A stretch of 20,000 bases of DNA from an uncultured virus (IMG/VR IMGVR_UViG_3300025128_000022) (taxonomy: Duplodnaviria; Heunggongvirae; Uroviricota; Caudoviricetes), in IMG/VR virus record IMGVR_UViG_3300025128_000022. One strand, written 5' to 3'. The notes beneath the pieces are model-generated. The model saw only the letters and a program-made list of their open reading frames with translations, was not told the origin of the DNA and did no database searches. The translations under genes and the position numbers were made by a program. The first letter of the stretch is position 1. The number at the start of each line of letters is the position of its first letter. This document shows, in pieces, positions 14,900-20,000 of this stretch.

Positions 14900-15309
14900 A
14901 AGAAATACTAGCAAAAATATTTGGAGGTGCAGCAGGGGAGGTAGGAGATAAACTATCAAATATAGTAGATAGATTTGTGAGAACTAAAGATGAGAAAGCA
15001 GAGTTTGAAAAAGAGATGACTGAAATACTCATTAATGCCGAAGCTGCTATGCAAAAAAATGTAACGGATAGATGGAAAGCAGATATGGCATCCGACAATA
15101 AATTATCTAAATCCGTAAGACCGTTAGTTTTAATTTTTGTTATTGTCTGCACAATGTTGCTAATTTTTATTGACTCAGGATTTATTAACTTTGCAGTTGA
15201 AGAGAAATGGTCGGATTTACTTCAGATGCTTCTAATTACAATTGTGGCAGCTTATTTCGGCGGAAGGTCTTATGAAAAAGGAAAAAAAATAAAGAATGGC
15301 AAAAATTGA
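14896..15309 (+). CDS. Holin, GTA 3TM-like, 137 aa
   Basis: RWKADM.SD..LSK.VRP, TM helices, YFGGRSYEK; next to the endolysin. Confidence 0.85.
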   Translation: MKEILAKIFGGAAGEVGDKLSNIVDRFVRTKDEKAEFEKEMTEILINAEAAMQKNVTDRWKADMASDNKLSKSVRPLVLIFVIVCTMLLIFIDSGFINFAVEEKWSDLLQMLLITIVAAYFGGRSYEKGKKIKNGKN

Positions 15310-16015
15310 AACATATCCCTTATCTACACCTGTAGTTCCTGCGGATAAATGGATTGGTACTGATGTAACAAATAATACAAAAAACTTTTCCGCTAATGCA
15401 GTAGCTATTTTTATGAACTCGTATAATAGGATTGAATCTCAATCTTTGAGATACAAGTATCAAGATATGGAAGCAGGTGATGTAAGACTAGCAGGGACAA
15501 TATCTTTTGCTTCTTTAAATACAGGTACAGTTCCATTAAGTTCCATAACAAGTTTTAAATTAAGCAAACAACAAATTAATAATGCGGTAGATGTAAGTTT
15601 ATATTATACTAACCCATTATTACAATCAACTGTTTTGGTGTCAAGGTGTAGTGACCCTTCTACATTTGCAATTTACGAATGGGATTCAGCCGTACAAGAC
15701 GGGGTTGAAACTAATTTTTGGGACATCGGTGTAACTTATGCCACAGGGTATGGGAGCTTAGTAGATGATAAAGATTATTTTATATCTTTGCTAACATATA
15801 AGTCTGACCCTGCGACAACCTACATTCACACACAAAGTGTAGCTTCAGCTACTTGGACAATCACACATAATTTAAATTCGTTTCCTTCAGTTACGGTAAC
15901 GGATTCAGCCAACACTCCATATAGTGTTGCACAGGGACAGATAGTATATAATAATTCAAATCAGCTGACTGTGTCATTTTCAGCTGCATTTGCAGGAAAA
16001 GCATTTTTAAATTAA
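15296..16015 (+). CDS. Virion structural protein, 239 aa
   Basis: C-terminal YIHTQSVASATWTITHNLNSFPSVTV module. Confidence 0.8.
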   Translation: MAKIETYPLSTPVVPADKWIGTDVTNNTKNFSANAVAIFMNSYNRIESQSLRYKYQDMEAGDVRLAGTISFASLNTGTVPLSSITSFKLSKQQINNAVDVSLYYTNPLLQSTVLVSRCSDPSTFAIYEWDSAVQDGVETNFWDIGVTYATGYGSLVDDKDYFISLLTYKSDPATTYIHTQSVASATWTITHNLNSFPSVTVTDSANTPYSVAQGQIVYNNSNQLTVSFSAAFAGKAFLN

Positions 16016-16030
16016 TAAAAGAGAGAAAAC

Positions 16031-18388
16031 ATGGCAATAAGATATTTGACTAACATTGATTTAACGGAAAACGAAATACAGAACGTTAAAGCACAAAACC
16101 TTGCATCTGACCCTACGGGTTATGCGGGTCAATTTATATACAACACAACTTCTAATACTTTCAAATATTACAATGGGTCTAGTTGGATAAGTTTAGATGG
16201 CACAGGAGATATTGCCGGTGTTACGGCAGGTGCAGGTCTATCAGGAGGTGGTACAAGTGGTACTGTAACTTTAGCGGTAGATTACGCAGGTTCAGACAAT
16301 GTCATATTAGAAGCTACTAATGCAGAGGGAAGTGCTATTGCAAGTAGTGATGTTATCATGTATTCTGATTCTAATGATAGTGATAATGTAAAACATGGTC
16401 TTGTATCTGACTTACCTTTTACTAACACATCAGGAACTGTAACAAGTGTAACAGTTACTACAGATGGCGGTTCATTAAGTACATCCAATACTATAACATC
16501 AAGTGGTACATTAACTTTACCTTGGCAAGGTAGTTCGGCTCAATATGTAAGAGGTGATGGAGAATTAGCGACTTATGATGAAGGTACAGTAACAAGTGTA
16601 GCTGTAACCGGAAGTACAGGTCTTAGTGTTTCAGGTTCACCTATTACAAGCTCAGGAACTATTGCATTAACAAATACCGGTGTTACAAGTATTGTTGCAG
16701 GTACTAATGTTACAATTAGTGGAGCGACAGGAGCTGTAACTATAAACGCCGATACTCAAGGAGATATAACAGGAGTTACTGCCGGAGACGGTTTAACCGG
16801 AGGAGGAACAAGTGGTACAGTAACTGTAGCTGTAGACTATGCAGGTTCAGATAGTGTTATTCTTTCTGCAACTGATGGTACTTCGGTAACACTAGCAAGT
16901 ACCGATAAAGTAATGTTTGTTGATGATAGTGATGGAAGTGATACAGTTAAATATGCTAATGTGTCTCAGCTTTCTGCAGCGATTGGTGGTGGTACAGTAA
17001 CAAGTGTAGCGGCTACAGCAGCTAACGGATTAACAGTAAGTGGTTCGCCAATTACATCTTCAGGAACATTAGCTTTCGGAATATCTGCCGGTGGAATTAA
17101 TAACGACAGATTAGCTAACTCAACTATTAGTGGTGTTTCTTTAGGAAGTAACTTAAATGCTTTAACAGCTTCTACAGGTTTAACAATGACATCTTATAAT
17201 GGTTCAGCTGCTGTTAGTGATTTAAAAATAGACTACTTAGGGACTAACAATGCCATTGAAGCAGCTACCGATTTAGAAGGAACAGCTATAGCAGCCGCAG
17301 ATGTAATATGGTATAGTGATTCTGATGACAATAATATTAAGAAAGGTTTAGTTTCAGACTTACCTTTCGATGCTTCAGGTGGTACAGTTACATCCATTGC
17401 AACTCCTTCAGACGGAGGTTTAACGGGTGGTACAATAACTACTTCAGGAAGTTTAAGACTTAAAAACTATTCATCTTTAGGTGCTAACAAAGTATTAAAG
17501 TGGGATAATTCAAATAATCAATTAACTGACTCGTTAATGACTGACGATGGTTCAACAGTAACTATTGCAGGTAACTTAACAGTTAATGGTACAACCACTA
17601 CGATTGATAGTACAACGGTATCTATCAAAGATAACATGATGGAGTACGCTAACGGTAATGATGTTGCCGGTGGTGGTGCAAACTCGGTAGATATTGGATG
17701 GTTTGGTAACTATGTAATATCAGCTACGGATTATTTCCCAACTATGTTCTACGATGCTTCTGCATCTTCTAGTGCAAGTTCGCCGGTATTTAGATTAGGT
17801 AATGCTACAACTAAACCGGGCAGTACAGCTGCAATTGCAAATGTAGGAACGTTATATGCTAACATTAATGGGGAGATAACAGGTAATGCTGCAACAGCTT
17901 CTAAACTTGCTACAGCTAGAACAATAGCTTTATCCGGGGACGGTGTGTGGTCAGTATCTTTTGATGGTTCTGCAAATGTTACAGGTGCTTTAACTTTAGC
18001 AACTGTTAATTCAACGGAAACTACTTCACAAGGTGGTGCGAGTAAATCTCTAACTGTTACAGCTAACGCTAAAGGTTTAGTTACTTCAATTGGTGAACAA
18101 GCGATATCTATTACAGCATCACAAGTAAGTGATTTCTGTACAGCGGTTGAAACTTGTGTAGGTTCTAGTCATAGTTATGCACAGAACATTGGAAATGGTT
18201 CAGCTACATCATATACGGTAACTCATAACTTAGGAACAAGAGATGTTTCTGTTCAATGTTATGATAATAGTTCATATGATACAGTTTATGTAGATGTTGC
18301 AAGAACAAATACAAATTCACTAACCTTAACAACAACTCAACCTATTGCATCAAATGATGTGAGGGTATTAGTTAGCAAGGTTGGATAA
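16031..18388 (+). CDS. Tail fibre-like protein with internal repeats, 785 aa
   Basis: Repeated GDI.GVTAG.GL.GGGTSGTVT.AVDYAGSD, GTVTSV, SGSPITSSGT and GLVSDLPF; GNAATASKLATARTI; C-terminal VTHNLGTRDV. Confidence 0.88.
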   Translation: MAIRYLTNIDLTENEIQNVKAQNLASDPTGYAGQFIYNTTSNTFKYYNGSSWISLDGTGDIAGVTAGAGLSGGGTSGTVTLAVDYAGSDNVILEATNAEGSAIASSDVIMYSDSNDSDNVKHGLVSDLPFTNTSGTVTSVTVTTDGGSLSTSNTITSSGTLTLPWQGSSAQYVRGDGELATYDEGTVTSVAVTGSTGLSVSGSPITSSGTIALTNTGVTSIVAGTNVTISGATGAVTINADTQGDITGVTAGDGLTGGGTSGTVTVAVDYAGSDSVILSATDGTSVTLASTDKVMFVDDSDGSDTVKYANVSQLSAAIGGGTVTSVAATAANGLTVSGSPITSSGTLAFGISAGGINNDRLANSTISGVSLGSNLNALTASTGLTMTSYNGSAAVSDLKIDYLGTNNAIEAATDLEGTAIAAADVIWYSDSDDNNIKKGLVSDLPFDASGGTVTSIATPSDGGLTGGTITTSGSLRLKNYSSLGANKVLKWDNSNNQLTDSLMTDDGSTVTIAGNLTVNGTTTTIDSTTVSIKDNMMEYANGNDVAGGGANSVDIGWFGNYVISATDYFPTMFYDASASSSASSPVFRLGNATTKPGSTAAIANVGTLYANINGEITGNAATASKLATARTIALSGDGVWSVSFDGSANVTGALTLATVNSTETTSQGGASKSLTVTANAKGLVTSIGEQAISITASQVSDFCTAVETCVGSSHSYAQNIGNGSATSYTVTHNLGTRDVSVQCYDNSSYDTVYVDVARTNTNSLTLTTTQPIASNDVRVLVSKVG

Positions 18389-18406
18389 TAATTAAATACA
18401 ACCTTT

Positions 18407-20000
18407 ATGGGAAATTTCTTAAGTGGAATAAATGTTACAGGTTCTGTATCTATTACAGGAGATGGTAGCAATGCTGCAACATTTACCGAAAGTGGAAGTG
18501 GAGATTTCACTATTGCTTCAATAGACGATTTAAGATTAGATTCAGGTGGAAATGATGTAGTATTAAGAGGAGCGAGTAGTTCTGAATTTGGGAGATTATC
18601 AAATAGTTCTCAAAATTTTATTATTAAAAATATAACTGCTGATAAAGATATTATTTTTCAAGCTGATGATGGAAGTGGTGGTACTACTACATATTTCAAA
18701 TTAGATGGTAGTTTAACTATACTAGAATTTTCTAAAAACTTATATTTGACAGATGATGTTCAACTAAGAATTGGTACAGGTAGTGATTTAAAAATATACC
18801 ATGATGCTACTAATAGTAATATAGTAAATGAAACAGGTAATTTATTAATTGAACAAAAAGCGGATGGTGGAGATATTATATTTTACAGCGATGATGGCTC
18901 AGGTAATGTTGCTCAATATTTTAGAGTTGATGGTGGTGAAGTTGAAACTAGATTTTTAAAATCAACACTACATTTTGATAGTGTAAAGGCAAAATTTGGT
19001 GATGGTGGTGATTTAGAAATATATCACGATGGTAGTAATAGTTATATAAAAGAAACAGGTACAGGTGTTCTATATATACAAGGTTCTGCAAATGTACAAA
19101 TAGAGGGTATAAATGGAGAAAATAAAGCAGTATTTAATGAAAATGGTTCTGTTCAACTTTTTTATAATAATGTACAAAAATTTCAAACTACAAGTACAGG
19201 GGTTAGTGTAACAGGAACACAAACCATAAGCACTATTGACCAAATAGGTAGTGATACTGACAAATTCTTAATGTCAGATAGTGGTGAAATAAAGTATGTA
19301 ACGGGAGCTAATTTAAGAAGTTATATCGGAGCAGGTACAGGTAGTGGTGATGTAGTCGCATCAGGCACACCTGTAGATAACCAAGTTGCTATTTGGACGG
19401 ATGCAACTACAGTTGAAGGAAATGCTAATATGACATTTAGTGGAACTGTTTTAACAGTTACGGGAAACACATCAACAGAATGGAATACTGCATACACAGA
19501 TAGATTTAAATGGAATGGGCAGTCCACAGGATTACTTGCAGCTGATGGAAGAACATCTTTGGGTGGAACTACAGTTGGTCAAGCGTTTTTTACGCTTACT
19601 AATCCTAGTGCGGTTACTTTTCCAAGAATGAATGCTGACAACTCAGTTAGCTCATTAAGTGCTTCAGATTTTAGAACAGCGATTGGTGCAGGTACTTCTT
19701 CAACTGCAGGTACTGTAACCTCGGTTGCATTTACTGAACAAACAGGAAATAAAGCAGGTATTACATTAGGAGGAAGTTCAAGTTGGACTACAAGCGGAAC
19801 ATTAAATATAGGACTTGATATTCAAGGTCAAACCGCATTAGGAGCAACAGCTGCCGGTGGAGATTACTTATTACTTTATGACACAAGTGGCTTAGCCAAT
19901 AAAAAAGTAAGTGTAACTAATTTAGTTGCCGCTGCTCCACAAGGGGATGTTACAGCTTCTTCAACAACTACTTTTACAAATAAAAGTGGTAATATATCAC
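18407..20000 (+). CDS. Tail fibre-like protein, 5' part only (MGNFLSGINVTGSVSITGDG...), runs off the window
   Basis: Manual translation: open frame from ATG 18407; repeated G.G.DL.IYHD.+NS.I modules. Confidence 0.85.
   Translation, partial: MGNFLSGINVTGSVSITGDGSNAATFTESGSGDFTIASIDDLRLDSGGNDVVLRGASSSEFGRLSNSSQNFIIKNITADKDIIFQADDGSGGTTTYFKLDGSLTILEFSKNLYLTDDVQLRIGTGSDLKIYHDATNSNIVNETGNLLIEQKADGGDIIFYSDDGSGNVAQYFRVDGGEVETRFLKSTLHFDSVKAKFGDGGDLEIYHDGSNSYIKETGTGVLYIQGSANVQIEGINGENKAVFNENGSVQLFYNNVQKFQTTSTGVSVTGTQTISTIDQIGSDTDKFLMSDSGEIKYVTGANLRSYIGAGTGSGDVVASGTPVDNQVAIWTDATTVEGNANMTFSGTVLTVTGNTSTEWNTAYTDRFKWNGQSTGLLAADGRTSLGGTTVGQAFFTLTNPSAVTFPRMNADNSVSSLSASDFRTAIGAGTSSTAGTVTSVAFTEQTGNKAGITLGGSSSWTTSGTLNIGLDIQGQTALGATAAGGDYLLLYDTSGLANKKVSVTNLVAAAPQGDVTASSTTTFTNKSGNIS

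Noticed and set aside
6561..19527. Opposite-strand ORFs overlapping the right-hand genes (e.g. 6561..6845, 6882..7379, 7812..8096, 8844..9032, 9935..10180, 11097..11309, 14880..15152, 16282..16488, 19321..19527)
   Set aside because: They overlap better-supported genes on the other strand and are typical shadow frames
1..20000. Stop-codon reassignment
   Set aside because: Long genes are intact under the standard code, and TAG and TGA occur at plausible gene ends, including ATGA overlaps
16031..20000. Diversity-generating retroelement acting on the tail fibres
   Set aside because: No reverse transcriptase in the window, and I saw no template/variable repeat pair differing only at adenines

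Overview
AT-rich dsDNA tailed-phage segment, probably infecting a Bacteroidetes/Flavobacteria-type host (TAnnTTTG promoter boxes, AT-rich starts without Shine-Dalgarno; inference). It has two divergent halves. Left (1-5700, minus strand): a run of small, mostly acidic hypothetical genes that look like an early module. Right (6194-20000, mostly plus strand): GroEL, a GroES-like protein, a winged-helix protein, tiny basic proteins, virion proteins, a predicted outer-membrane protein, an M15 endolysin, a holin and two tail-fibre-like genes. The main discovery is in the left intergenic spacers. Four type III hammerhead ribozymes lie on the sense strand, each predicted to cleave 66-70 nt upstream of an AACATTATG start; three have a non-canonical first pair in stem II. 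Each is directly preceded by either a hairpin or a covarying H-type pseudoknot (3 copies in the window). A promoter-proximal 118-nt tRNA-like RNA is also present. Together these suggest a modular RNA-processing system that cuts the early polycistron into 1-2-gene units. All RNA structures were derived by hand pairing and none has been tested.
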